This document shows, piece after piece, positions 39,001 through 58,900 of a stretch of 64,000 nt of DNA. The DNA is from Klebsormidium nitens (taxonomy: Eukaryota > Plantae > Klebsormidiophyceae), in contig DF237029.1 of NCBI GenBank assembly GCA_000708835.1, positions 24,658-88,657 of the forward strand, given 5' to 3'. Each line of letters begins with the position of its first letter. The stretch's first letter is position 1. The notes beneath the pieces were generated by a model that was not told the origin of the DNA, made no database searches, and was given only the letters and a program-made list of their open reading frames with translations. The translations under genes and the position numbers were made by a program.

Positions 39001-40546
39001 TGGCTGCATAGCCCTCTTGCCCCATCCAGAGGCTCGTGCCTGCAAAGAGAATCCACCAGATCAAAACCCTCAAAGCCTAAGATCTATGAGCGAGCGGTCA
39101 TTCGGACGTTCGAGCTTTGCAATGGAGAATCCGTGACCAGTCAAAAGGAGCGTTTGCCAATGTATTTTTGAAGGATCGAGCAACTTTCATCAAAGGATGG
39201 GGCCCAGCCAGCACCAGGAAAGAGGACGCAGGCACTGTTTGAAAGCCCCTTCCTCCACGCTGACTTCATGTGTGTCCGCATCAATCTTCTCAGCAAGACG
39301 AGCTTCCCCATTGATGTACGTCAACTGCACGCCTTTTCTTGCGGACATATTTTGGCGTTCGCGCAAACTTCAACGGCGCACCTGTTTCACATACTGCTAC
39401 TCCAAATAACCCTTAAAATACGTTCCACTTCTCACGCTTGCTAACTCAAAGCAGTGCCGGACATCGACAATGGCCCCTTCAAGCAGGACTTTTGGAATGG
39501 TCACAATAGTGAGCGGCAGAACCAAGCACCTCCCCCCTCCTTACCCTTGTTGGAAAACGCATGCAGCAGGCCCCCCGCCACCCCCGAGGCCCCTCCTGCG
39601 ATGCCCACCTCATCAAAGAGGTCAATGCAGATGGGCGAGGCGCTCGTCGCATGCTGCAAACAATACTTTAACCAGTCATGCTTTTGACTCTGATTGTCAT
39701 CACATTATCCTTTCCAAGTGCCTACTCCGTGAGGAGATGGGGGAAAAGGCTATGTCCGGCCTCTGCCTGGTTACGATAGTGTGTTTGCTGACGGAAACAA
39801 CTTTCTGGACGGAAACTTCCCAAAACCCCTTGAACCAGCCAAGTTTTGCAGCAGCTTTCCTGAGTACTTTTGAAATTGTTTTTTTCACACGCAGACAAAC
39901 GTCCACTTTGTAATACTAAAGAACGATTTTGGCGATCCACAGAGCCCTCACAAGGTTCCCTTACCTGCAGTAGATGCCAGGTGACGGCGACCCCGGCAAA
40001 CCCGGCTCCAATGATTGCATACCTGCAGAGCACACACTCCGCATAGTCAAGTGAGGATTGTGTTAGCTGAGGGAGAATCGCATTCGATACAGGGGTGGTG
40101 TAGAAAAGGTGGTACGGTGCGGCGATCATCTTACTTACCAAGACTTGTTTCCCCACAGATTTGGTCAATAAAAAGGGCCAAAACCGCCACTAAGTTCCTC
40201 AATTCCGTTTGACAAGGACAACAGCTGCCAACACTTCAACAACTTCCTTAGATGCGCACTAAAGTGGAAGTAGTGTGTTTAGAAAGAACCTCCCTTCTGA
40301 CACAGAGACTGACCTTCTCTCCTGGCCCGGTTCCATCTCCGCTGTCTGTACTGCTGCCGTGCACTTCTGTCTTGAAATGCTGATGTGGAACTGGGAGGGC
40401 GTAAACCGGCTGGAATGAGGATTGTGCAGCCCAGAAGGTGCCAGCACACGCCTTAACACCAAAGCCCTGCTGGAAACCACAAGTGATGCGTACTGGTCTT
40501 TCAGGAGTTGTAAGTCACCGACGAGGAATCGTCCGCTGCCAAGCAT
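36086..40546 (-). CDS. FAD-dependent oxidoreductase (DAO/MnmC-C-like family), probably organelle-targeted; about 8 exons
   Basis: Rossmann motif RRYAIIGAGFAGVAVTWHLLQ (about 39963-40020), IDLFDEVGIAGGASGVAGGLLHAF, KGILRPA, GITINPTRYLE, CRGRVVEL, LLVGATKDW, RSGVRA and GGLGARGLVYHAWLAE. The first exon MLGSGRFLV... (ATG 40546) is R/S/L-rich and splices in frame (AGAAG|GTCAG); the start is tentative. Confidence 0.85.
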
Positions 40547-41384
40547 CTTGAACGGGGCACTGGAGACAAGCAACAAACAACTTGTCTCATTTTTGGAGAA
40601 GCGCCACCTTTCTATCAAGTCTCAAGAGCTCGATGTCAATTCAAGCCCCGGTTTATATGCAGGCTAGTACGGGCTTAATTCAAGCCCCATGATTGAGTCG
40701 CCTTTTTTGCATTGGCTTCCGCCATTGAAAGATTGCTTACCTCCACATAGTGCTCTGCTTCTGGGCACATAACGGTGCTTCCAGCGCTAGAGCCACGATG
40801 GTCCCGGCAGAGCAGCAAGCTGCCTGCATTGGTATTTCTGGCACCAAAGATCAATAAAGATAGCAACCTCTCCGGAGCATGGAGGGTGGTGTGCGAGCAG
40901 GGACAGCAATCTTTCTTGATGGAACTTGCACGCCTTTAAAAAGCTTGCACGCCCTCTAAGCTTGCAATGCTTGGCACCATGGCGTCTGCTCTACAAGTAT
41001 TGTCAAAGTCTGACCTGATCTGAGGAAGTGAGATTGACGTACATGACATTGAGTGGTGCGCTCATCTTTCAAGTCGCTGCATGAATCGATCACTGTTATG
41101 ATGATGTTCAGACTTTTCAGACGATGTTGATCAGTCAACCAACTCACTAAAATTGGTCAAGAGTGGAGAGCAGCTTTACTGAAAGCGGAGGCAATGCAAT
41201 GGCGTTCAGCAAACACCTGAAAGGACTCTGATGCTCTGGTGGCAGATTGGTGGCAGATTGCCTAGCAACACCAGCTGGTGAAATGGCATGTGTGGGGCGT
41301 TGATCGACTGTCACCACCGCTTGATCGTAAGGTGCTGTTACTGCAACACATTCCACAGAGGCCTTCTCTGCGGGGGCCTCAATC

Positions 41385-48186
<6,802 letters not shown>

Positions 48187-48892
48187 CTTCGCTTATTGTA
48201 GATTCTTTCTTCTTCCAAATGCTGTCGAGTTGGACAAGGCGCATTTCTCAATCCACTTTCTGTCACCCTGTTTTGGATTGTGTCATCATCGCGACTCGAC
48301 AACGTCTGCACTTCTTTTGGATCCGCAACAGCTGAGTTCAAAAACCCACGTCATGAACGTTCTCAGTGGACTCTTACATGTCTGTCACGTTGATTTCACG
48401 AAAAATCGATTGATATCTGGCATGATTGATGCAAGTCGCCGCAAGCAGGCAAGCAGCGCATGCTTAGTTGTCTGATCGCGTCGCTTGTAAACGAATACAC
48501 TTTGGACAGTGTACCCGCACTGATGGACTCGCACATGCATTTGAGATGCATGTTGTAATATTGTCCACGCTGACGTAGTGATCCAGGCGCGCCTGCTCAA
48601 GATCTGAACGCGGATCTGATGCACGTACCGCAGGCGGGTAAGGGAGGACGTATGGTGGGACATGTTGCGCAGGCAAACGTGACGCCCCGCAAGCTTGTAC
48701 TGCATAAGATGATCAGAGATCTCATGTTGTTGGATCGATACATGCATTGAAACTCCTGGGATTAAGCGATGGGCCGTCTCTATCGCGGTCTGTGTTCAAG
48801 GGGCCTGCCCCGCAAAAAGACATGGTCAATGGGTTATAATCTATGACATTATAATTCTTTCGGGGATTTGCATACATCCATATAACAACTCT

Positions 48893-49097
48893 GGTAACTA
48901 TAGAGTGACTTAACCGGCAAGTGAGTCAAGATAGGCGTCCGGGGGACGGGTGGGGCCCGTTGGCATGGTAGTTAGGGTGGGTTCGGCCATGCGGAGCGGA
49001 TGATTTTTTGGGTTAGGGCTTTTAGTTTGTTTGGTCGGGGTTCGTGAATCTTAAGTCACTCATGCACATGTTATACCTAAGTCACTCTTGAGTTACC
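48893..49097. mobile_element. Degenerate ~205-bp inverted-repeat element (MITE relic)
   Basis: Left GGTAACTATAGAGTGACTTA and right TAAGTCACTCTTGAGTTACC are imperfect inverted copies, with additional internal AAGTCACTC/GAGTGACT-like copies. A TSD is not clearly preserved. Confidence 0.5.
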
Positions 49098-49645
49098 TGT
49101 ATCTTATAACACACCTCTGCAGTACTGTTGACACCGTCCTTGGACTCTGTACGAAGTTCGAACCACATCATGGAATCATGCCAAAGCCTGGCAAAGGTGA
49201 TGCTCATGCATGTTTTGTGACGGTCCTTCCTTCACTGAGAAACTAGACTTGCATGCACCATACTAGCCATATGCGGAACCATCGGAGAGCACGGCCGGTT
49301 GCGATTTGCGGCCGCGCCCCGGCGCCCACCGGCGCCGCGCCCAGTGCGCATCATGCATGTGTATGATCAAAATGTGCGCCCGCAGTGATGGCGATTTGCG
49401 CAGCTAGGGTCTCGTACAAGATTGAAATTGGGAGCTGTAGCCAGCTGTAGCCGCCCTATTTTGGCCTAAGGCTGTAGCGGCAGCCAGTGTAGGAGGACCG
49501 CATTGCTTGCCAGCTTCTTCTTAATGCTGCCTGAAGGGCCTGCACAAGGTCCAAGCAGCAAGGTTGCTTTTGGTGCTGGCGCCAGGCATATCTCCTGAGG
49601 CAGCCGAACGTGGCAAAATAGGATGGGCCTGATTTGAGCAGAATC

Positions 49646-52595
49646 ATGGCTTGTTGTGGCACAGCTGTGCATCTTGTCCGCAGCAACCAGCCAATAGGCT
49701 ATCGCAAGTGGATGCGTCTAAGTCAAAACGTCTTCCAATTGAATAACTGCCAGCTCAATGCACCACTACTCTGTTCAGAAAGTGGTACAATCGGTTCCAA
49801 AAAATTGCAAGCACTAAGTATGGGGCATGCCTGCGCCGCTGCAGACCATTCTTCGTGCAAGGGTTTACGATGTCGAAGGTCCATCAGGTGCAGCTGGCAA
49901 GAAGCTGGTTCCAATCCATGCCAATTGCAAGAAAGACAGGGGGCTTTGTGTTGGTTGAGGAAGCTCAGGCGGCACAGCGTTTGCTGCAGAGCAGCCAGTG
50001 ATGGTACCAACTCACAGCCACAAGGATGCAGATCCTTAGACGATGTTTGCCAAGACATTGAAAAGGCATTCTCTGAGGTAGGCCAGTCAACTGTCTGCTG
50101 CTTGGCAAGTTTGCAGAATGGGCTTGGGGGAAGTGGTTTCTTGATGACCCTTATTTGCCCCCCACAGGAGCGGCACCAGTTGAAATCTTGAGCTGTGGCG
50201 CAGTAGAAGCGCAGTTGCATCAATCTCACCAAAAGAGTGTTCACAGGTCTTCGCTGGCATTGAATGTCAGTACTGAGATGCCTTGTAGACAATTCCAGTC
50301 TCTGGCCTGTCTGCACTCTCTTCACGCTGACGTTTGAGCTGCTCTCTGCTGAATTGAACGCAGTCTCTGCCTCCTCATGTCAGGTTTGTGTGGAGAACCT
50401 TGGGCGCCCAGCTGCTGCTGCTTTGTAAGCCCCGTTCCTGTTCTTGTCTTAAGGGCTGGGATCTACCTGCTTCTTGACGGTTGTATTGATGGAGACAATT
50501 TGGGTGACCAGACAATCTCTGTTTGGTATATGTTGCTAACACCAGCGACACACAGATTTGACTTCGTCGCAGCAACGGTTGAGGCGTACATGCTAGGAGC
50601 ATCCAGGGACAAGGTGACGATACAGCTTCAGGTAAGAAAGCGTACACATTGCTTCATAGTTTTAAAAATGAATGAACAGCAAAGGCTTGCACTATGACGC
50701 TGAGGTCCACTCATATCCTTGATCAGGCAAAGCACATCCTGGAATCACCATCTTCACTATCAACAAATAGCAAGGATAGACCTACTTGAGAACACGCGTC
50801 ACCTTACTTGCAGTATGGTTCCAAAGAAGCATACAGGATAGAGAGGGACGTTGCAGGGTACCGACTGACGGGGAGTGAAGAAAGGTACAGGTCGCAATGG
50901 CTTGACGTGGTGAGTTGAGAGGGTCTGCTAACGGAAAGGCTCTTAAGTTGAGTGTTTTCACGGGATTGTTCATGAGAAAGAGCAGCTTATACGACTGTCG
51001 TTTGTGCCTTTCGGAACCAGGCTTTTCGAGGGCTGCCAAACTGTGTATGTTGAGCCTTGGAATTGAGCTTGAGATGTGACGGTTGAAAGCAGCCATTCGT
51101 TTGTAAGAGGACCAAACTGGCGAGTTTCGATGGTGACATAAAGACAGTCTTTCAGGAATTCAGAGCAGACAGGATGCCGAAGCTCTCCGAGCTCAAACTT
51201 GAGATCCGGTCTTTAGCTGCTCTGCCTCTATACGTGCTTCGTCAAAGTTTAGCTGAAGCCAGGCTCCTTCTGTGCAGATATACACGACGCTCCAGCTCTT
51301 GAAACAAGGGTCGGAGGAGTGGCGGCAGCAGCCAGCCACTCAGGACGAGAGCCTCATTGCTATCATTCATGTGAGTGCACCTATCTCATTCAGCGAAGGT
51401 GATCCAAAACTCAGGCTGTTGTAGCAGGGGTTGTGCAATTGAATGCGCAAGCGACTGGCTTGGATTCGCGATGCACGAGACAGGCGCCGGTGCTTTTCAT
51501 TCACGTCACAGAACACCAAGGGCCCCCTTACCTGGTGCTCGCACCCCTTCCTTTTCGTGTCTTCCACTTGTTGCTTCTTGCTTTCACGCTTGGATCCAGT
51601 TGAGTTTGTTCGCCTCATTACAGATTCACCGAAAACGATCTTTAAGCTAGGACGGGGTGAAATAGTGGCCTCACAACCGCACGTGCGCTTTGCAGAGAGT
51701 TCTGGAAGGGCAACGGACGGGAGAAGAGCAGGTAAGCCCACACGAGCCGATTATCCAGAAATGTAGTCAAGGGCGAGGATCCATTGAATAACGCCTCCTG
51801 AAGAATGTGAGTCGGAATTGCACCTCTAAGAGTCGGTGAGAACTTTTGCGGCGGTCAATTGTCAACGGAACGATTTGGAAAATCAAAACTCCAGTCTCGA
51901 GGACACTGTTCAGACCTTCGTTCCGTCCTTCTGCAGAGCCTCGTAAAATTCGACCGGGCGCTCAGCACAGCAGGAGCTTCCGGTGGCGCGACCTCTGAGC
52001 GGAGGGTGGTCGCTCCGCAGTGGATCCCCGTCACTCAGCTCGTGCTGCTCACCATGAAGGTTCGTACCGAGTCATTTTGGGTCTCGATAAGGCTCGCTTG
52101 AAAGTGTGAATATGTTTGAGTGTGTTGAGGCGCTGAAAGCAAAGTGTTCCAATCAGCGCTTGCCAAATGATATCTACACCCGGGTTTGAGCTCTTCGTTG
52201 GCGCAAACTTCAATGAGAAAATACATGGTGGTAACCTTGGACGAGTATCAAAGCTACCTCGTTCACGAAAGAGCGACGGCTGAACGCGTATAAGTAGTGA
52301 AAGTACGGATTGAAGAGAATAGGTTTACAAAATCCTGGTGGCAACCCTGTTGATGTCCATGTTGTATGATTCATAGGATCGTCGTCATGGTAGCATTGAT
52401 AACAATGTATCTAGCGGAGAATCTCCTCAAAAGCTGCAGAGGCACGGGCCTATCGAACACAGCAATCGCGAGTCCAGATGTTCTCACCGAGAAACGCCAT
52501 GTAGATCTCGATTACTATGTTGTGCAGGTTCTGAACGAGAGGGGTTGATAGCTACGTGGAAAATTGCTTCGATTGCTTCACATGTTACTGTCTGA
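49646..52595 (+). CDS. Uncharacterised protein, probably plastid-targeted; multi-exon, model incomplete
   Basis: A long Ser/Arg/Cys-rich first exon (MACCGTAVHLVRS...DIEKAFSE|GT) is followed by in-frame exons VCVENLGRPAAAAL/FDFVAATVEAYMLGASRDKVTIQLQ/YGSKEAYRIERDVAGYRLTGSEERYRSQWLDV/IYTTLQLLKQG...IAIIH, then SLVKFDRAL...LLTMK and a possible last exon (52377..52595). One exon between about 51370 and 51940 is unresolved. Confidence 0.6.
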
Positions 52596-53948
52596 AGATA
52601 GGCAGAAGTCAACGACACTGAGGACAGGATGAGGCCATCATGCTACTTGACTAATGCTCTTAATCCTTTCATCAGCTCAGACATGCTGGGCTTTCTGTAG
52701 CAGCAGCTCTTTCAACTCTGATTCAAGTGGTCATGCGAGGAGATTTAAGGGGCTGTTATTCGTTCAGAAGCGCTATATTGACAGATCGACCCGTGGAAGG
52801 AGACTGTGGACTGCCACCTGCAGCAAGTCCAGACCCCCACCCTGCTGCCCTGGTACTTAATACACGCGCGAACGGTACATATCTTGTCAAGGACGCATCA
52901 ATGACTCAACGGCGGTCTGACCCACCATTGCGACTTGCACGGCCAATCTCAGCTGAAAGCCGCTGTGCTATAGGTTGCTATCAAGTTGGCACATGTCAAA
53001 CCTCGCCGGTGGTGGCATTATAAGACAGCGTGCTCGCGCATATAATACTAAGCGGTGTGGGGGTTCGGGACTGCAAACTGCAGTCCGTTTCCTGGCCTTA
53101 ACCATGTTTCGTTTTGCCGGTGCCATGTTAACAATGAAGGGGTCAAGCTAATGTAAGTTGAAAGATCGCTTATTCTCTTATTGGCGAGAGTCTATACCAT
53201 ATATATGATGTGCATCAATGCCAGTCTCGTTAATCGACGCATCATTCTGTGCGGCCATTGCATAATCCCGAAAGTTCCATCATTCAATGGCACGCGCATT
53301 GCCTCGACTCAAACAGTGACACGTACGAAGCTGCAGATGATTAGATTATATTAGATCGATGCGTGTTGACGGACCAAACCTGGCATTGCCACATGACGGT
53401 GGCGATCCACACATGATCAATGGAATCATGTTTCCTCACATGCCAAGCTATGCAGCTCATGTACACCGCATTAAGTTACAGCTGAACTTATATGTAATGT
53501 TGTCGGATTGAAGTTCAAATCAAAATTGTTTGGCATACATGGCACAAGCGCGTGGCTCCTGACACATGACCGTCACTGGACAATTAGGATTTCATATGCG
53601 TGCCAGTCAACCATGCTTATATCATGATCCCATGCATTTGGTCATCTAACATATGTGGCATCGATCATTTAGTTGCAGATCGCGATCGTATAGAGCTTAG
53701 TAAATAAAACACAAGCCTGCTGCATGTGTGTTGCAGCTTGGAGAAGAATACGCATCATCATCCATTGTCAATCTTTGTATACGGTTGTATGCGTGGAAAA
53801 GTAATATGCACGGATCCCTTGGGCAAGGGAATTAGGCTCATGTCTGACCCGTTCATAAGGATAACCAGGGGACGAGCAATGCAACTGAAGGTTACATACC
53901 CCGGGCCATTCTGACCATAACAATCGATTCTTGTTGTTCTACACCACT

Positions 53949-55244
53949 TTACACCTGTGCGTTACGAAAAGCATCAAACCAAATTTGAACGGCTCCGACT
54001 TCTCCTATGATCCGGCTTCTTATGTTAGATTCGTTCGGATGATTATAGCTGGTTCTTCTACTGATTGGAACTATGACTTGGAAAAGTCCAAACTCTTTTA
54101 GAGAAGTGCCAAGATCGTCAGATTTGACAAGATCTTCTAGTGTTCTGACTTGTGAAACCAGAAGCTTGTCACATACAAAACTCTCGTTGCTCAATCGCTT
54201 CCGCCAATGACTGCTCATTCCTTCAACCATGCCGCTTTTCTGTACAGTTTTCGCGAAGACTTCTACCAATTGTACGATGCTGTAGCTGATCATGAGTGTT
54301 TCTAACCCTGGGCACCTCTCGAGGAAGCTTTGGATATCCCAGGCTGGTTGATTGATGTTAGGGAAGGCTCCCAAGTTTATGTCGGCCGGGTGGCTGTAGA
54401 AAATGAGACGTCGCAGGGAGGGGCACTGCTTCGTGATTGTGTGCACAATACGGTCAACAAACCCAACAAAGACCGCACCTCTGAGAAGCTCTAAGTTCAG
54501 CGTTTCCAAGCCATGAGCCAGGGCAGCCGTCCAGCGGCCAGACCAGTTACTCACTGGCACTTGCAACCTCATGCTGCGGAGGGCTGTAAGGTGCCCAAGC
54601 ACTTCGGGGATGACACACCATGCGCCAATTACTGAGCGCTCTAAGCCCAAAAGATCTAGTTTGGTCAAACCACAGCCTTGAAGTACCTCAAGGGCCTGCG
54701 GGCTGGGATCGTGCTTATCATGGAACTCCCCATGCAGCGCCAGCTCCTTGAGGTTCTCAAAGGAAGAGACAATGTGAGGGAGGTCCCTTCCTAGCACAAG
54801 TTGACCACCACTTTCTAGATCCAAGCTCTTCAAGGAGAGGCGTGATCTGGAAAGAAGCTGTCCCCACCTCAGAGCCCTCAGCTGAGCCCTACATGCCACT
54901 GATGCACTTTCCCACTTCATATTCGCCGCAGTCTCCACAAGAGCCATCGGTGCACGGGATGTCACGACCAGCTTTGCAGTCCTTGGACGCAGCATCAGCT
55001 CCTCAGAAAGAATAGAAAGGGGATCACGCGCATCCCCAGGAAGCGCATTCTTCCTGCTTTTTCTGTGGCTCTGCAGAACCAGGGTCCGAGTACACCGCCG
55101 CACGGCCTCCTGCAAGGCTCTGCTTAGCATTGCAAGCTGCGTCAAACGGGGTGTCCCACAACTGTCAGTCACAACCTTTTCTAGAATGCATTCAATCAGC
55201 TCCGCACCAAGCGAATCAAAGCTGGCTCCTGTTCTCTGCGCCAT
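53949..55244 (-). CDS. Intronless F-box-like / leucine-rich-repeat (RNI-like) protein
   Basis: Uninterrupted ORF of about 430 aa. The N-terminus SFDSLGAELIECILEKV...LAMLSRALQEAV resembles an F-box. It is followed by LxxLxL repeats (LKSLDLES, LKELALHG, LTKLDLLG, LRSMRLQV, LETLNLEL, CPSLRRLIF, CPGLETLMI). Confidence 0.7.
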   Translation of the reverse strand: MAQRTGASFDSLGAELIECILEKVVTDSCGTPRLTQLAMLSRALQEAVRRCTRTLVLQSHRKSRKNALPGDARDPLSILSEELMLRPRTAKLVVTSRAPMALVETAANMKWESASVACRAQLRALRWGQLLSRSRLSLKSLDLESGGQLVLGRDLPHIVSSFENLKELALHGEFHDKHDPSPQALEVLQGCGLTKLDLLGLERSVIGAWCVIPEVLGHLTALRSMRLQVPVSNWSGRWTAALAHGLETLNLELLRGAVFVGFVDRIVHTITKQCPSLRRLIFYSHPADINLGAFPNINQPAWDIQSFLERCPGLETLMISYSIVQLVEVFAKTVQKSGMVEGMSSHWRKRLSNESFVCDKLLVSQVRTLEDLVKSDDLGTSLKEFGLFQVIVPISRRTSYNHPNESNIRSRIIGEVGAVQIWFDAFRNAQV

Positions 55245-55996
55245 TTCAAAGCTAGGATGCAATTGGCGCCCAAACAACACCACCAGAGCCTTTCAACAAG
55301 CTAATTATCAATTCAGAAAATTAGCCCGAGTTCAAGCTGACGCCAGTTGCGGCAGTGGCAGTTCCGCGCTTCCGCTAGAAGCATTTCCGCGCCGGACTGA
55401 GCCGATCCCTGTTCTGAGCCGCGCCAGCTCTTCGGATCTACGAGGGATCTACGTCGACGAACGCCCCCAGAATCAGAGGGATGGCCAAGAGTAAGATTTG
55501 GGGACCGTGGCCCTCAGCCAAACTCACGGGCATGCAATTTTGAGCTGGCTTGGCCACTGATTGTACTTGTCGGCGGCAAATAGCGCGTTTGAGAGCACTC
55601 TGATTGTAAACGTCGAATAGGGTTAAGTGCAAACGTACACCCAGGTATGGCGCAAAGTACAGCTCCTGACAGCGCCAGGCTGGCGCCCCCATGTTGTTCC
55701 AATTCATGTGCGGTTCTCGACGGGCCCACACGATCGCGTTTATCGTCCAAACTCCCTTGATCCATGCACTTCTTTGACCCGATAAAAGTTGCGAGCAAAG
55801 CGGCTTCATCCCTGCGCATCACCGGCTCTTCCAACTTTGTCGTTTGGAGAAGCAGGTCAATCTCCTATACAGTAAAGAGGTGAACAGTCGACTTGCATCT
55901 AGCGCGTGCCTGAGAAAGTGACGCTCGTGAACACCTTCTTATGTAAGAAAGTCTAAAAAGGACGTCGGAAACGCCTGACTAATCTTGTTCGTCACT

Positions 55997-58900
55997 TTAG
56001 TCCGGCGGCTGGGTAAAGATTAGAGAAGCGTTTGTTCCTCCGAAACCAAATGAGTTTGTCAGCGCAGCTCTTATGGGTTTGTCTAGCGTGGATGCCGTTG
56101 GTCTGAAGGCATCCGTGAATATCAAGTCCGGCCGTTCCAGGTTTATCGTTGGTGGCACTTTTGCCTGCACAAGGAAATGAACGACAAGAGTTGAAGCATT
56201 GAGCTTTGCAAAGGACGTATGGAGTGATCGGTAGTAAGCTTCGCAGTCACAACAAAGTTGCCTTCCAAGCGAATCCGGACGTTTCAAACAAGTTGATAAG
56301 AAAGAGGAGCGCTTGGGTTGTCAGATGAGGTTTTGAGATAGTTGAGAAGAGCTGCGGGCCCCACTCTTCGCGAAGAAGCTGACGTACTCCGATCAGGCGG
56401 GAAAACGCTGAAAAAAGTCTGCGCACTCCCAATATTATCTGGCACTGCAGCTCCTTGAACATGCCTTTTCCACAGCAGCCAACATGACGCCTGGTTAGTC
56501 ACACCTCTTACACGAGGCGCAGAAAGCAATCCCAGCATCAAACAAGCTTAAAGTGCTCATTCTGTATCTGAGCGAATACACCGGAACTTACGTGGGCCAC
56601 GGCCAGGACCGTGAACACCGCTTCCACAGCCCCCGCCGCCCCGAGAAGATGGCCCGTTGCGCCCTGCGCAAGCACCACCTTCGGTCTCAGTACGTCTCAC
56701 GGATCCTCGATAAATGCACATCCCCAGGCTTAATTCCCCCCCTTTCTGGCCAAGCAATAGGCGGGGTACGACGTCGCAGGAAGGAGACGCGGCGGTCGGC
56801 TGAAAATCTCACAACAAGAGGCGCTCTTCTCGTAGGGGAGCGAAGAGCCACTTTGAAGAGCCACTTTCCACCCCAACCGAATCTGGATCTCTTTTTAACT
56901 ACTTCGTAGAGTGCAAACTGAATCTACTGTGAACAGAAGAGACGGCAGCCGTGCGGCAGAGTGCGGTCTTCTGTCCGTACCTTGGTCGAGGAGAGCGCCA
57001 TGTTGCCCGACTCCGCATGGGCGCCGAAGAGCCGCAGGATGGCACGAGCCTCGATGTCGTCACCTGAAGGCAGCGAGGGACTGGCTGTGAGATGCGGAGC
57101 CGCAGCGCAGCAGCGACTGGGGGGCGCGCAAGCGCATGCGGTAAATGAGATTGAGATCTTGTCGACATAAAATTGCTATTCTCATCTCTCATGGCCCCTT
57201 TTGGACATTCTTCTGCACCACTCTAAACAAGCTTCTGTTTCCACGTACCAAATTGGAGGTCATTTACTGTGGTTCCAACGGACTGCGGAAGACCTTCTCA
57301 AGTACGCTCAAGGTTCTGTGATAGGAAATGTTGAGACGCTTCGAGCTGCTTCTTTGACGCCTACTCTTTTTGATATCTCCGGTGTGGAAGACCGGAGATA
57401 TCAAGACCTGCGCGCGCGCTCACCTAAGGGGGTCGACGTGGCGTGCGCATTCACGTAGTCGATGTCTTCCGGAGTCAGGCCGCTCTGCCAGACGGAGGCA
57501 ATCAGATCAGTCGAATCCAGTGCCCACCAGCAAGAATCCATCAAACCAGCTAAGACGGCGTGGTTTCTTGTCGAGCGCACATCCAGAGAGTGGGTCGGAT
57601 AGGTGAAACCCGTACGGACCCTTTCAAGGCCTTCTTAAAGTTCGCGAGACAGAAAGCTTGCGAGCGACAGCCGCGCGTGCTGTCCTCGGCAAAAAGTCAC
57701 GCCTGCCAACACCGCGATCGAATCGAGGGCTTAAACCGGGTTTATGCGCAGAGTGCACAAGTCTCAAGCAGCGGAAGGCTTGTGAACCAATGAGCTTCTG
57801 AGCAGATGCTGCAAAGGAGGGGGCCAGAGAGAAGGGCAGCTCACATTCCGAAGGGCGCTCTCCATTGCCAAATACGCCCCCCGCCCCTCCGCAGACGGCT
57901 GCGTTATGTGGTACGCGTCGCCTGCACGGATCAGGCACTCAGCTGACCAGGACCACATATATCATCGCCCGAGCAGGAACATCTTGTGATAGGAGTCTCG
58001 GGCAGAAAGGAGAGTAAGGAGAGAACACTGATAAAAGGACGTGCTTGCAACTGGGCGTCGGGAAAGAGATCCCGATATAAAATCTCTTGGAGCTGTCCAG
58101 CATTTCTAGAGGTCCTTTGTTCTCCGCGCTCACCCGACATGCCGTAACCGCGCACCTCGGCGTACATCTTCGCGCCCCGTGCCCGCGCGTGCTCCAGCTC
58201 CTGTCACGTCGAGGAAAGTTCTGGCCGTCGTTGGCAAGATGCTTGTAGTACGTTTCTTTTCGAGTCAATCGGCGAAGCATTCAGCGAAATCTCAAACTAA
58301 GTCAGGCGGTAGCTTGCACTGTGATGTGCCTCAAATAACTCGGAAAGTAAGCAAAGGTCCCTTAAAAAAAAATGTTTCTTCGACCTAGTCTTAAAAAGCA
58401 CCAGCATGTGATACGTATCAAAGTAGAGCTTCAGTGAGTCCTCTCAGTCAACTTTGGAGAAGGCTTCTGGCGAAATCTGGGCCCATTGTGCTTCGCAAAT
58501 CAAAGTTTGGCAAAGTACTCTTACCTCAAGGACCAGAACGCCCGCTCCCTCGCCAATCCTGTTAAATAGACAATCACTTGATGAGCAGACATTTCAGGGG
58601 GATTGCTGGGGAGAAGAAAGGCGCATGCGACGAATCCCAAAGTCCTGTAGCGCTTCCAGACTGGTGCACATCGATTGACAGGACGAGCGACACACGAGCT
58701 GGGGCTGAGACGTGACAGACAAGAAGCTCAAGAACCAGGTTCAAAACCTGTGCTTTGCTTTTCACAAAGGTCCGGCACAAGAGCGCTGATACCCGGGCAC
58801 CACCAAAGCCAATTGAAATTCTCGAACTGTGGCCCGATTGTTGTTATCTTCTAAAACTATCAACGAGCGGAAGCACTGCCCCCTGATCATGGAAGAGGCT

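Noticed and set aside
53068-53086. 8-bp GC-rich hairpin GGACTGCA-AAC-TGCAGTCC as a possible Helitron 3' end or terminator
   Set aside because: There is no CTRR terminus at the expected distance on either strand and no 5' TC partner. A stem this short can arise by chance.
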